Shown one piece after another: positions 1 to 11,874 of a stretch of 64,000 nucleotides of DNA. This stretch comes from Gnetum montanum (Eukaryota > Plantae > Gnetophyta). The number at the start of each line of letters is the position of its first letter. Within the stretch, counting starts at the first letter, position 1. The stretch covers positions 344,669 to 408,668 of the forward strand of contig MNCI01002923.1 in NCBI GenBank assembly GCA_015680685.1, written 5' to 3'. The position numbers and the translations under genes are program-made. Under the pieces are notes generated by a model, which did no database searches, was not told the origin of the DNA, and was given only the letters and a program-made list of their open reading frames with translations.

Positions 1-1220
1 ACCAGATGGGAGAGTGTTGAAAAACATCAATGGGACCAAAATATTAACTCAACAAAGGTCCATGATTATACAAAGGAGAAATCAACCAATCTCAAGGTGG
101 AAACATCATCTTTGCCAATACAATAATCGTTAGAAGAAGCTAAGGCAAAGATCAATAAGATGTGGGAATGGATGTATCAAAAGTGTGGAGAATATATCAA
201 CAATATTGGAGATAGAGGTTTGACAACCTAAGAAGCAGGAAAAAACATTAGACATTCAGAAAAGAAGAATGAAGGGAATAAATGCTCAACTGCCAATCAT
301 ACGTATGAATCCAACATATGCCTGTATGATCACCCCAAGGGCCAATGCCCAATATTGTTACATTTACATGAGCATTGGGGAAACACGCTACATCTAGAGT
401 TCGTATAGAGATATTGTGTTTGATCATAGTGGAAACAACCCCAGTCATGGGGGAGACCACCCTTAGACTGGAGGCACCCTTCATATCATTCAAATTCAAA
501 TTCTTATCATGTTCAACATCTTGTTTCTCCATTTGGGCCAACACACTCTATCTCACCACAATACCATTCTCCACAATACTATCAACCCATACCTCCAACA
601 CAACTGCCACCTTGTACATCTTATACTCCTCCTAACTTTCAACATTCTCATCCTTTTCCTCCTTATACATTGCCACCAATTGTTCCTAAGGTGCCTACAC
701 CACCACAACAACCCACGAACAACACTTGTGCTACTACTACTAACAACAGTGAGAGGCCTCCTCAACATCAAAAGTGTCCTTTCTTTAAACATGGCCGTAA
801 GAAGGGACAACATAATTCTGAGGCCAATACAGCTTCCAACCTAACACAAGTCCCACACTATGGTGCACCCTTATCTTCGAACCCAACACCTCATGTAACT
901 TCATCAAGGCCACCGACTCACACTCCAACAACAATCTGACCCAATGAACATAGACATGGAGAGCGACAAAAAAATCCTTGCATACCATCTAATGGTCCTA
1001 AACATCATAGTGGGTCAACTCGTTATCCGGGAACTACATCGCATAAAGTGCCCCACTATGCTTACTATAATCAAGTGTGTGAACCCCAATGGGGTAAGTA
1101 TGGACCAGCCACAATACTTCCAACATGCAAGGATCCTTATCTTCCATTTATTAATCCTTGCCATCCTCAACCAATTAGTTATGGGGGATACCCCCCATTC
1201 TAATAACAAGCAAGATTAAT
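1..1220 (+). pseudogene. Decayed Pro/Gln-rich gag-like C-terminal region
   Basis: Short helical motif KINKMWEW is shared with KIDKMWDF at ~5457-5480. Pro-rich low-complexity sequence and Cys/His knuckle-like remnants (CPFFKHGRKKGQH) lie upstream of the protease. No capsid domain recognised. Confidence 0.45.
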
Positions 1221-1499
1221 AAATTTTTTCATTTTCTTTAATTTTACAACTTTTTTTTCCAGTTTTTCATTTTTCAACTTTTTGTTTTATCTTTTTATCT
1301 TTTTGTGTTTTTGTCTTTTTACATTTTTGTAAGTAATCTCATCTACGAATAAAACACTCATGTGGATCATTGGTTGAGGTGTCTTCTATGTTATTAAGTC
1401 ATGAGTGATCAATTATCTAGAACAATGAGCTCTTTACACCCACTCCTCCAACATACAAGGCTTCGGAGCTCCCTTCAAACCAAAATCAAAGCTTTACAC

Positions 1500-1980
1500 A
1501 TACGGTTATGTTAACACATACTGTAACCGACTGGATCAAGGTAGGCCACCTTCCTAGGAAACTCTTTGATCCTAGAAGCCCCTTAATCTATCTACAAATC
1601 ATTGGGAACAAACCACATAAGGCTCTTCTTGACTCAAGTTCCAAAGTCAACTTAATTTCACGAGAGATGTATCAAGCCTAGAATCTGCCCCAACTTAAGA
1701 AGAGCAACATCCAACTAGAGCTGGCAGACCAGTCCATCACCATTCCCTTAGGATTGGTGGAGGACATCGTTACCACTGTGTGTGGGTGGTCATACCCAGC
1801 TGACTTCCTGGTGATAGAAGTCAACAGTAACAACCAAGGAGACTTCCCAATTATAATGGAAAGGCCATGGCTAAGTACAATAGATGCGTACCTAGGGATC
1901 CGCGATCTTTCCTTGGAGATATCTAAGATAAACATTTATGGAAAGATTGAGAAGAAGAAAGTTCCGTGCATCACATAAAG
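1500..1980 (+). pseudogene. Retroviral-type aspartic protease remnant
   Basis: KALLDSSSKVNLIS (degenerate LLD-S/T-G motif), then LELADQSI..PLGLVEDI..YPADFLVI..FPIIMERPWL, typical of Athila/Gypsy protease; in-frame stops. Confidence 0.85.
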
Positions 1981-2368
1981 TGACTTAGAGGGTGATGACA
2001 TGGAGTAATGCTTAGCATCTCTTCCATGTAATCGATGTGCCCAAGGAACACAAATTCAAAGGTGCCTGTATGTAGCAACCACACAAGTAGTAAACACCCC
2101 GTGATTGACAGCTAGTCAAAAGAGCAACCAACAAACATGCATGGAACGAACTGGGGAAATAACCCATGCCAACAATGAAGGCATAGATTCCTTGGAATAT
2201 GAGCATCGCCAACTTCCACCCCTTAATCTAAGAACATCAATTGGGAGAAGTTGGGCACTTCTACGAAATTCAAACAAATGCTCATTATTTCAGATCTCTC
2301 CCTTACAATTCAGTCGTGGGGGAGATGGCCACCTATGCTAATCATTTGGGTCCCTCAGTTCTCTTTAG

Positions 2369-2492
2369 TTTTTGTTTTACACGTTTTTGTTTTACAAGTT
2401 TTTGTTTTACACATTTTTGTTTTACACATTTTTCTTTTACACGTTTTTGTTTTACAAATTTCTTTAACATTTCTTGTTTCTGTTTTACAACA
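2369..2492. repeat. 15-bp tandem minisatellite (TTTTTGTTTTACACR), about 7-8 units
   Basis: Directly visible repeated tttttgttttacac units. Confidence 0.9.
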
Positions 2493-2504
2493 TCGTTATA
2501 CTTT

Positions 2505-2511
<7 letters not shown>

Positions 2512-2543
<32 letters not shown>
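2512..2543. repeat. (TG)n microsatellite
   Basis: Uninterrupted TG run. Confidence 0.97.
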
Positions 2544-2544
<1 letters not shown>

Positions 2545-4119
2545 TCCACCTTGTAAGTTTGTCACCGCATAAATGTTCTTCCCAATGGTATGAACTATTT
2601 TTCATTGATTTCTGATATTTGGTTTTTGCCTTTAAGTCATGATGTTGATACTAAGGTATGTTTCTTTTGATATGAAAGGTAATGAGTTCACTTCATCCAT
2701 TCATCCACTAGTTTCGATGGTCTCTCTCAGCTTGGAAATGTACAGTTCCTTCTAAATAAGAACTCTAACGAATCGGTGACTAGGCATTTCTTAAACTAAG
2801 GACTCAAGGATTGCAAAGGGTGTAACTTCAAGGGAACTTGATGCATTTGTGTTGGCCATTCTCTTGGGTGCTTAGATGTGTTCTTCTTAAGTTTTCTTGT
2901 CGCTTTGATGTTATCCAATTCTCGGGAAGCTGAGCAATAAAAATAACAAAGTCTTTGCATAGTGTGGCTCTCATGCATAAAAACACAAAACACAAAAAAA
3001 ATAAGAAAGAAAAGAAAAGAAAGTGAGAATTCAAAGCACACCCCTTAGATAGAATAATCATTTGGGCTACAAGCACTAGTTATGGAACTCAAAATAAAAT
3101 GTTCACTCTAACTAAGGCCCTTCTCGCTTCCCATTCTCTCCTCCTTGTTTAGTTGGAATGGTGGTGGCTCTTTGAAGATGCATTCTTGTTACTTCAAGGG
3201 GATGGATTGACTGAATGCATTGATGCAAAGTCACTGGATGTGATTGGTTTGAGGCTAGAGTTGGAATGAGATTTGCTAAGTTACATTAATCATAAAACAC
3301 ACAAGGGGCTATACACCACCTTGTTCTTGGGATTCCATTCCATTCTCTTCTCTCCATCCTTCTCTCCATTGTTCACCTCATTTTTGGTTGTATCATTAGT
3401 GTATATTTTGGTAGATACATTATTTTATTTTTGGTAAATTCTTGCAGTTAAGACTTTAACTCTTGTTCCAAATGACATTCCCAAAGCCTACNTTCCCTTT
3501 TTATCTATCTTTCTTGTTCTTATTCTTTCTCCATTCTATCGCTACCGGAGGTTCACGATTAGTCATGGCGGTATAAGGCTCGATTTTTTCGATTTTATCC
3601 TAGCCTCGATTTTTTTGATTTTTTCCTAACCCCTACACCTTCGGTAGTCATCATTAATATATCTCTAGATCTGTATCAGCCATACCACAACCTATCCAAT
3701 GGACTTACACCGAAGTAAGGTATCAATTACATGATGATTCAATTACCCTTGCTAATACAAAACTATGTTGTGTGTGTAGATGGCAATCATGCAACAACAA
3801 ACCGGATTTGGAGGGAGCACTTGGAATGAAGCAGTGCTGAAGATTGATGGCACGCTTATGGATGGACAACAAAAGGCGCAATCTTGGCATTGGCAGTAGC
3901 AACACTTCTTTCTCTCTTCTCTCTCAGCTGCCAACTAAGGCTTCATGTCAATGTAATAAGGTGTTCACCCTTGTCGTCATGAACACCAGTTTTGTTGAGT
4001 CTTGTAATGATGATCTGTTCACATGTCATCCCATTAATTCCATTAAGTCAATAATCCCGTACCTTCCCGATATTATTGTAAAGAACTCAAGGATGAGTTT
4101 TCATTTAGTCATGGGGGTA

Positions 4120-4977
4120 TGATGGGATGCGATATCGCATGGGCTGCAATATCACGTACGCGATATCGTGGCCGTCGCAATATCGCATCCCTCGTAATAT
4201 CACGTATGCAATATCACATCTTTCCCCGTGATATTGCGTACATGATATCACAGTGCGTCGTCATATCTATAAATAAGAGGCGGCTCTCCCTTGTTTCATC
4301 ATCCTAAGCTAGACAGCAATGAAACTCTGGCAGATTGATCACTCCAGAGATAGAATATTTTCCATGTGCTCGCAGTAGGAGTCCTAAAGTGAACGGATCT
4401 TTATTCGAGCAAACATTGTACCTGAACACAAGTTTGTGTACAACAATAAAGACAAGCTTCTTGGATAAACCTTGCAATGCATGGAATAGGCTAATTTGGA
4501 TTTTATTTATTGTTATTTATTATCTATTATTTACTGATTTCTCTCTCAACCCTTCTCTCCTAGTTAATTGCATTAGTACGACCGCTTCGATCACGTGCAT
4601 TACGTTTGGTGATCCCATCAACGATTAGCGTTTGGTAACCATAGTTGCATCGGTTCTGGTTGTGTACGGTAAGTGGGAATAGATGTTGACGCTAGGTTTA
4701 TTTAGACTTAGTTCATTAGTTAAAGTTAGTAATTAGTTTCTCAATCCTTCACCTTGTTAGCATAGGAGATAAAACATAAAAAGATATAAAAATCATATAC
4801 CTCAGACTTACTTAACCATACACCGTGACACTACAAGTAAGTCTCAAAAGATAATGAATGATTAACCCTAAGTGTTCCATGAGGCATGTAGGCACTTAGT
4901 CTACGGAGATTGATCGGATCACGCATGTTACGCTCGTATTCGTATGGTTGAGTGTAGGGATACCTCACCACTCATCA
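4120..4977 (+). repeat. 3' LTR of Athila-like copy 1
   Basis: Starts TGATG right after PPT-like CATGGGGGTA and ends CTCATCA (5-bp terminal inverted repeat). TATAAATA at 4268. Homologous to 14973-15802, 19290-20922 and the reverse complement of 23862-24696. Confidence 0.9.
4127..4275 (+). promoter_or_regulatory. LTR U3 array of eight GCGATATCGC-type palindromes followed by a TATA box
   Basis: Copies start at ~4129, 4146, 4160, 4177, 4194, 4208, 4228 and 4242; all deviations are C>T or G>A; TATAAATA at 4268-4275. Confidence 0.7.
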
Positions 4978-5146
4978 GCACCCTAATCATTATCTATAAA
5001 TTTACACCTACCTATCACATTTATGACATTATTTCATTAGTTGTAGCGAAGCTCTTGCAATTTGTTTTCTCTAAACTTAGAATATTTTCTTAGTGATCGT
5101 AGTATGAGTTAAGGAAATGTACAAAACTTTATTCGAGCACTAATGA
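4978..5146 (+). repeat. Truncated 5' LTR of copy 2 (interrupted by copy 1 on the left, deleted on the right)
   Basis: Aligns by eye with 15060-15222 (TATA region to ...GAGCACTAATG). Confidence 0.8.
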
Positions 5147-5179
5147 ATTTTCTCAAAGGGAGCAGCTTCATCATATCAT

Positions 5180-6800
5180 AAATGGGCTCTGATCCAAAAC
5201 AAGAAGAACTCTTGGGGTTAATGCCCAAGGAATACTTTTAGAATTAAGAGTCTGTTAGATTCAAAGCCTAATTGAGCAAGTTTTCAAAGAAGAAGGAGAG
5301 TTGCAAAAAAGGGAAAGTGCAGAAGAGTATAACCAGAATCCCTCCATTCACAAAAGGAAGGTCCGATTCTTTAACAATGAGAAGGAGGCACCACTTGATG
5401 AGGCGATGCAACACAAGACCTTATTGATTCAAAAGTCTATTTTCAAAATTTTTGATAAGATAGATAAAATGTGGGACTTTTTCAATGAAAAAGTTCTATA
5501 CCACTCTAAAAATAGTAAAGGAATCCAAGGAGCAAAGTAGTAATCATGATCATATAAGAAGGAAGAAAGCTAAACATGCCCACCAAAGGGGTAAGGGTAA
5601 GGCTACTACCATAGAGGAGGTTGTGGTTTTCAAATCAAATGATGATGGTGGGTGTGACATCTACCAATACAAACATCCTAAGGGATGTTGTCCCATTATG
5701 TCACACTTGCAAAAGTCTGAAGTATATGCTCTAAATCCTAGATTCACAAGAAGGAAAGCACCTAGAAAGTTACCTTATCCTTAGGGCAATCCTAGGTAGT
5801 TCCACCAACAACAAGCTTACTATCCAAGTGGAGTTCCATCACAACCTTATGAGTAGTACCATCAATGGCACCACCCATAATCATGGGGGATGCTGCCACC
5901 AAGGCAATAGTACCCTTACTAGCAACCTAATCCATATGGGTACTATGTTTAGTAATCCATTTCTTTGCATGACTCTTCTAGTCACACTTCATTCCAACAT
6001 CACTATTACCCTCTTGAATACTACAGAGCCCAATCTCCAGGAGGGGAATCCCCATTTCCTCACTACCCTCCTCATCCTTTTTCATATGTCCCTCCATCAT
6101 CAACTCAATTATCACCTACTCCATCAATGTAAGGTGAAATCCCAATCCAACTATAGCAACATAATGCTGCAAGGGCTATGAACTTACAATTGGCTCCTTA
6201 GCCAAGTGTTTTGGAGAACAAACCTCGAAAAAGACCTTTCTTCCAAACCAACAGACCTCCTAAGTCCTCACATACACTTATGACTGATGACCCTGCTTCT
6301 CCCTCATCCTTTGCAAACCCATTTGAGAACCCTTCAAACCAAATGCCTCCCAAAGTACATACCATGATGTTAACCCATGCTATTCTGGGATTGCCTCATC
6401 TACCTACAAATCACTGGGAATGAGCATTGAAAGGATCTTCTAGACTCAGGTTTTGGTGTTAATTTGATTTCTCATGAGATGTACAAAGCCTAGAACTTGC
6501 CTTCACTCAAGAAGAGCAACATTCATCTTGAGGTTGAAGATCAATTCATCATTATTCCCTTGAAATTAGTGGAGGATACTATGACCATCATCTATGGGTG
6601 GTCCTATCCTACTAACTTCTTGGTGATTTGTGTTGATAACTACAAGGGGGACTTCCTAATCATCATTGGAAGAGCTTAGTTGAGCATCATTGATGCATGG
6701 TTGGAAATTAGAGATCTCTCCTTGAAGATTTCCAAGGAAAATAAATTTGGAAAGATTCAAAAGAAGTGCATTCCATGCATCATGTACAATGACACGAGGT
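5180..6800 (+). pseudogene. gag-like region and aspartic protease, decayed
   Basis: LLDSG motif at ~6437-6452; LKKSNIHLEVEDQ..YPTNFLVI..FLIIIGRA; Pro-rich upstream part. Confidence 0.75.
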
Positions 6801-7099
6801 GCAACCATATGCAGAAATTATGAACAATAAAAAGTACATCTATCATACCATGCTGATAGTGTGCAAACATGACAGAAATTCAAAGATCCCTATATGCAAT
6901 AGCCACAAAATAGAAGAACACCCAGTGGCTAAACCCTAATCCTAATAGCAGCTCAATAATATGCATGAAACCAACTGAGAGCTTCAATAGTGCCTACATT
7001 GCAAGCATTAACAAGATGGAGTAGATCCATTACCAACTCTTTGATGAACCTGATGATGCTTATTGGGAAGAGTTAAAAATCCTTGAGAGCTTTAAACAA

Positions 7100-9850
7100 G
7101 AGACCCTAGAGTTAAAAACTCTGCTAGCCATAATGAAATATGCTTTCCTAATAAATGGGAAGCTAGTTATAATCAATGTCAATCTTGCTTCTAAACAAAA
7201 AGAAAAGTTATTAAACGTGGTCAACAAATGGCCAACGACCTTTACTTAGTCATATCTTGAATTCACTGAGATTGATCCTACGATATGCTAGCACTACATC
7301 TACATAGATCCTTCCCTCAAGCCAAAGAGGTAGCCGTAATAGTAGTTGAATCCCAAACTCAAGTAGATCGTCAAAGAGGAGATTGAACAACCCCTCAAAG
7401 CAAGGTTCATTTATCCCATTGCAAATAGTGAGTGGATTAGCCCATCTATGATAGTGCTAGGAAAAGGTGACAAATGGAGGGTTTGTATCAATTTTAGGCT
7501 ATTGAACATGGAAACTTACAAAGATCACTTTCTATTGTCATTTGTGACCTAGGTGTTGGACACCATTTCTGGGCATTACTACTATATCTTTCTTAATGAT
7601 TAGTGGTTATAACCAAATTCAAATCACACCAGAAGATCAGGCCAAAACTACATTCACGAGTGCCTAGGGAACTTTCGCATATAGAAATATGTCGTTTGCC
7701 ATGTGTAATGCCCCTACTAGATTCCATCACCTTTTCCTAAGCATCTTCCAATAGCAAATTGGTAGAGGTTGAAAGTCTCCATGGATGACTTCTCCACCTA
7801 TGGGGCTACATTAGAGTAAGCCCTAGACAATTTTGAGCAATTGTTGAAAAGGTGTGTGGAAACAAACCTTAGACTTAACTAGAAAAAGAGAAATCTAATT
7901 GTCCATGAGGGCATTGTATTTAAGCACAGAATATCACAAGTGGGGATTGAGGTGTGCTCTAAAATAATAAGGGTCATCCAAGGAATTACCCACCAACCAG
8001 AAACTATCAAAAATGTTTGGTAATTCCTTAGTCACATTGGCTACTACTAGCACTTCATAGAAAATTTCTAAAAGATTGTCAAAGCATTAGTGAAGCTTAC
8101 AAAAAAGAATGCTTCATTCATCTGAATTGAGAAATGTGAGAATGCATTCCATTAACTCAAGAAAAAGCTCCTAGAAACTCCAATTTTATTAGTACCTAAT
8201 TAGTCCAGACTATTTTATATCATGACGAATGCTTCCAATTATGCTTTGGGAGCTATGCTCACATAGTTGGATGATCAGAAATTTTCTTACTATATCCATT
8301 ATGCAAGCTAAAGCATTATGGATGCATAGTTGAATTACACCATAATAGAGACAGAATTGATGGTAGTGGTGTATACCATGGAGTAATTCAGGTACTATGT
8401 GCTTAGGTACAAGGTGTTCATGCACATAGACCATAGTGTAATCTAGTTCCTTATGAACAAACCAATGGTGAACCTTTGTGTTATATGGTGGCTAGTTATC
8501 TTACATGAATTCAATCTCATAATGATAAATCGAAAGGGAATTGAGAATGTGGTTGTCGAGCACTTTTCTCAGTTGAGATGGGACAACAAATAGGAGAAGA
8601 GCCCACTTTCTAATCAATTTTTTGATGAACTCCTCTTTGTTGATGTTATAAATGAACAAGTGCCCACTAAACCTAAACAGTATAATGGCATCCTTACCTA
8701 CCTTATCACTCAGAAGATGCCACAAAAGCTAAACAACAAGAAGAAATACTAATTTCTTCATCAAGATAAAAACTTCATGGAGATTAACAGACATCTTTAC
8801 AAGGTATGTGCTGATACCCTAGTTTATTGGTGTGTTCCTAATGTTGACCAACTATGCATCCTTTAGGATGCTCATGAGGGTGCTTGTGGGGACCACTATG
8901 ATGGGAGATGCCCACCACTTTGTCTACTCCTATGATCACTGCCAATGCGATGGTGGGATGTCCACTCATATGGAGAGACCTTAGTAATGGATCTAGCCAT
9001 TAGAACCCTTCAACATCTAAGGCACTAACTTCATGGGTCCCATCACACCCATGTCAAATGGAAAAGCATACATCATAGTCATTGTTGACTATTGTACGAA
9101 ATGGGTAGAAGCAACAATTGTCACCAACAATACATCTTCTACAAGTGCTCAGTTTGTACAACAAAATGTTGTAAAAAGGTTTGAAGTGCCACATACACTA
9201 ATTTCTAATAATGGTACTCATTTTACAAGCACCACCTTTTAGAAACTCACACAACACTTGGGGGTAGAACATAAATTAACAACACCCTACCACCCCCAAG
9301 CTAATGATCAAGCTAAGGTTATGAATAGGGAGATCACTAAGATCTTAATAAGAATAGTTAGCAAATATAGGAAAGATTGGAACACTAAACTTAATGATGC
9401 CATTTGGACATACCACTTAACCTGGAAACTTCTTATAGGCTATTCTTCTTATGAGCTAGTGTATGGAAAACTACCAACTCTTCCTATTCAGTTTAACCAC
9501 TGTACCCTTTCAATGGCTTGTAATCTTGACCTTAACCTTAGTCTAGCACAAAAAGAAAGACTAATAAACCTTAATGTACTAGATGAGAATCAATTAGTGG
9601 TCCTATCATTGAATAAAATACATAAGGCATTCAATAAGCAACACCATGACCTCAAAACAAGTAAGGTAATATTTCAATTAGAAGACAAGGTCCTTTAGTA
9701 GAACCCCACACATGTGACACAAAGAACTAAGTTCCAAACATTGTGGGAAGTGCCTTACATCATCTACAAAACCTTTCCTTTTGGCACCATGTTGATACAC
9801 AAACCTAAAATCCCAAATAAGAAATGGTTGGTCAACATGCAACAAATTAG
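7100..9850 (+). pseudogene. pol: reverse transcriptase, RNase H, integrase (many stops and frameshifts)
   Basis: KDHF, KTTFT..GTFAY, VSMDDFS (~7776); RH MTNASNYALGAML; INT DYCTKWVEA, ISNNGTHF, TPYHPQANDQA, WEVPY. Confidence 0.95.
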
Positions 9851-11874
9851 CCTAAGAGAGCTAGTCACTGCGACACCTCCTCAGATGGATAGGCATACTC
9901 AATATTTCAAATCTCTTCCTTTCAACTTAGTTGTTGGGAAGCTGGCCATCCATGTTAGACCATTTTTTATTTTACATTTTCTTTAGTACATTTTATGTTT
10001 CTTTAATATTTTATAATTTCTTTTATATTTTACTTTACTTTGGTTTGTGTTTTTCTTATGTTATTCTTATATTTTTCTTCTTTTCCTTTTATTGCTAACA
10101 CGACACAGTGTTGTTGTAGCTGCTATTGATGATGGCTTGTACCATAATGCTATTTGATTGCTAATGTCTAGATTCTCTTTTTAAATTTTGGTATTGATAA
10201 CTAAGACATGGTTTCTTTTTCATGACAATAGGCAGTGAGTCCATGTCATCCACCCATCCATAAACTCTATGGTGTTCCTTGTTTTGCAAATATGAGGCCC
10301 CTTCCTTAATGAAAATGCACTTCTAATATTGGTAGTTTTCAAACTTGGAAATAATTAAACGGATAGATAAAGGTGTAACTTTCATGGGATTGATACTCTC
10401 TCTACTTACCTACCCTCTTGAGTGCATGCATATTTTCATGGATTTCTCATTGTTCCATTGTTGACCAACAATGGAAAGCTGATGTCTTTGCATGGTGTGG
10501 TTCACATCCAAAAACATAAAAATATAAAACTCAAAAAAAATGGGAATTCAAAGCATGTCCATTAGAAAAAATAAGGGCTAAAAGAACTAGTTATGGAACT
10601 AGAAAGATATGTTACCCATGCTTGAAGGTCCCCTCTAACTAAGGCCCATCTCACTTCCTACTTCTCTTTTCTTCTCTTTAAGGAATGGTGATTGATTTGT
10701 GGGGATGCTCTTGTATCTTGAAGAGGTGGACTGGTCTTAGAGTGTTGATGCAAAGTAGTGAAAGTGGTTGGTTTTGATTTAGGTTAAGGATTGTTGTTAT
10801 TAGGTCATATTAACAAAAACTTCCACAAGGAACTTCATGTGACCACAATTTAGAACTCCATTCCACTATTTCTCATCCACCTATGCTATTCGTAATTCAC
10901 CTTACTATAGGTTTTACATGGTTTTTTCAATGTCTTAGTTTGACATGTCAAAATTCTTAGATAGATTCTTACAGGATTTCATCCTTAACTTTCCACAACC
11001 ATTAGTCACCCATGGGCCCCATGAAATCCTTGATTTAAAGGCATGCAAGGGAATTAAAGGCATGAGCTTGCTATGGGGAGCACCCACTTACATGCCTCTT
11101 GATTGGGCTAGTTAAGTTCCTTATCTTTAGAAATTTTTGCAATTAAATCATTTTTGCTCCACATCAATTGTGTCCACTTTTGCACTCCTTTTCAAGTTTT
11201 CCAAATCATTTCTCTTAACCAAAACTCCCTTTTTATGAATTTTCTAGCGCTCTTTAAGAATTTCATCATGTTCATGACATTTCTAGATCTCCAACAACAT
11301 TAATTTCATGCTCAAACTTCTCCTTTTTATCCTTATTCTTACTATGAAAAATTTTGGTTGTAGCCCCATCAACAAAATTCCATTGATGGAGCTGACCACA
11401 TCAACATGGTACAGAACCTCTATATATATGCAACCATACTTAGCAGCTTTTGCACATTGGCTCATAAACAAGGGGGCAATGTTTGCATTTTTTAGAGCTC
11501 AAAACCTTTCAGAGCCAATAACTTTCAAACCATTTGTTTGATTACCCTTGTTCTTCAGTCCTGTAGCTACCAGAGGTAAGCTCTACATCGTGGGGGCCAC
11601 AAACCTTAGGTTTTTGACGAAAATTTTTAGAAATTTTTCTAACTCCCACAAAGATTTAACTAATAAACTAACATTAAAATCATCAATTTATGAAAGTTAA
11701 ACCCTTTCAACAAACTCTAATAACCATATTAATCAGAAAATGTCAAAATACTATTAAAATAATTAATCTACCATGGTCACAACTTAGCCAACTATAACTA
11801 ACCAATGAGATAAGGTACCTAAATGTTATAAGTTACACATCACATGATAATCCTTCATTTTGTTGTGATCACAA

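Larger units (their letters stand above)
1..4977 (+). mobile_element. Athila-like Ty3/Gypsy element copy 1, non-autonomous (gag-like + protease, no RT/RH/INT); 5' end outside window
   Basis: Protease remnant at ~1500-1980 is homologous to 6360-6800. At ~2240-2340 the sequence jumps from post-protease sequence (cf. ~7060-7095) to post-integrase sequence (cf. ~9895-9960). The 3' UTR is homologous to 10180-11000. PPT and TGATG..CATCA LTR lie at 4111-4977. Confidence 0.85.

Noticed and set aside
2241-2615. ORFs with VKQKR / FVLH / THTH repeats
   Set aside because: Translations of the 15-bp minisatellite and TG microsatellite
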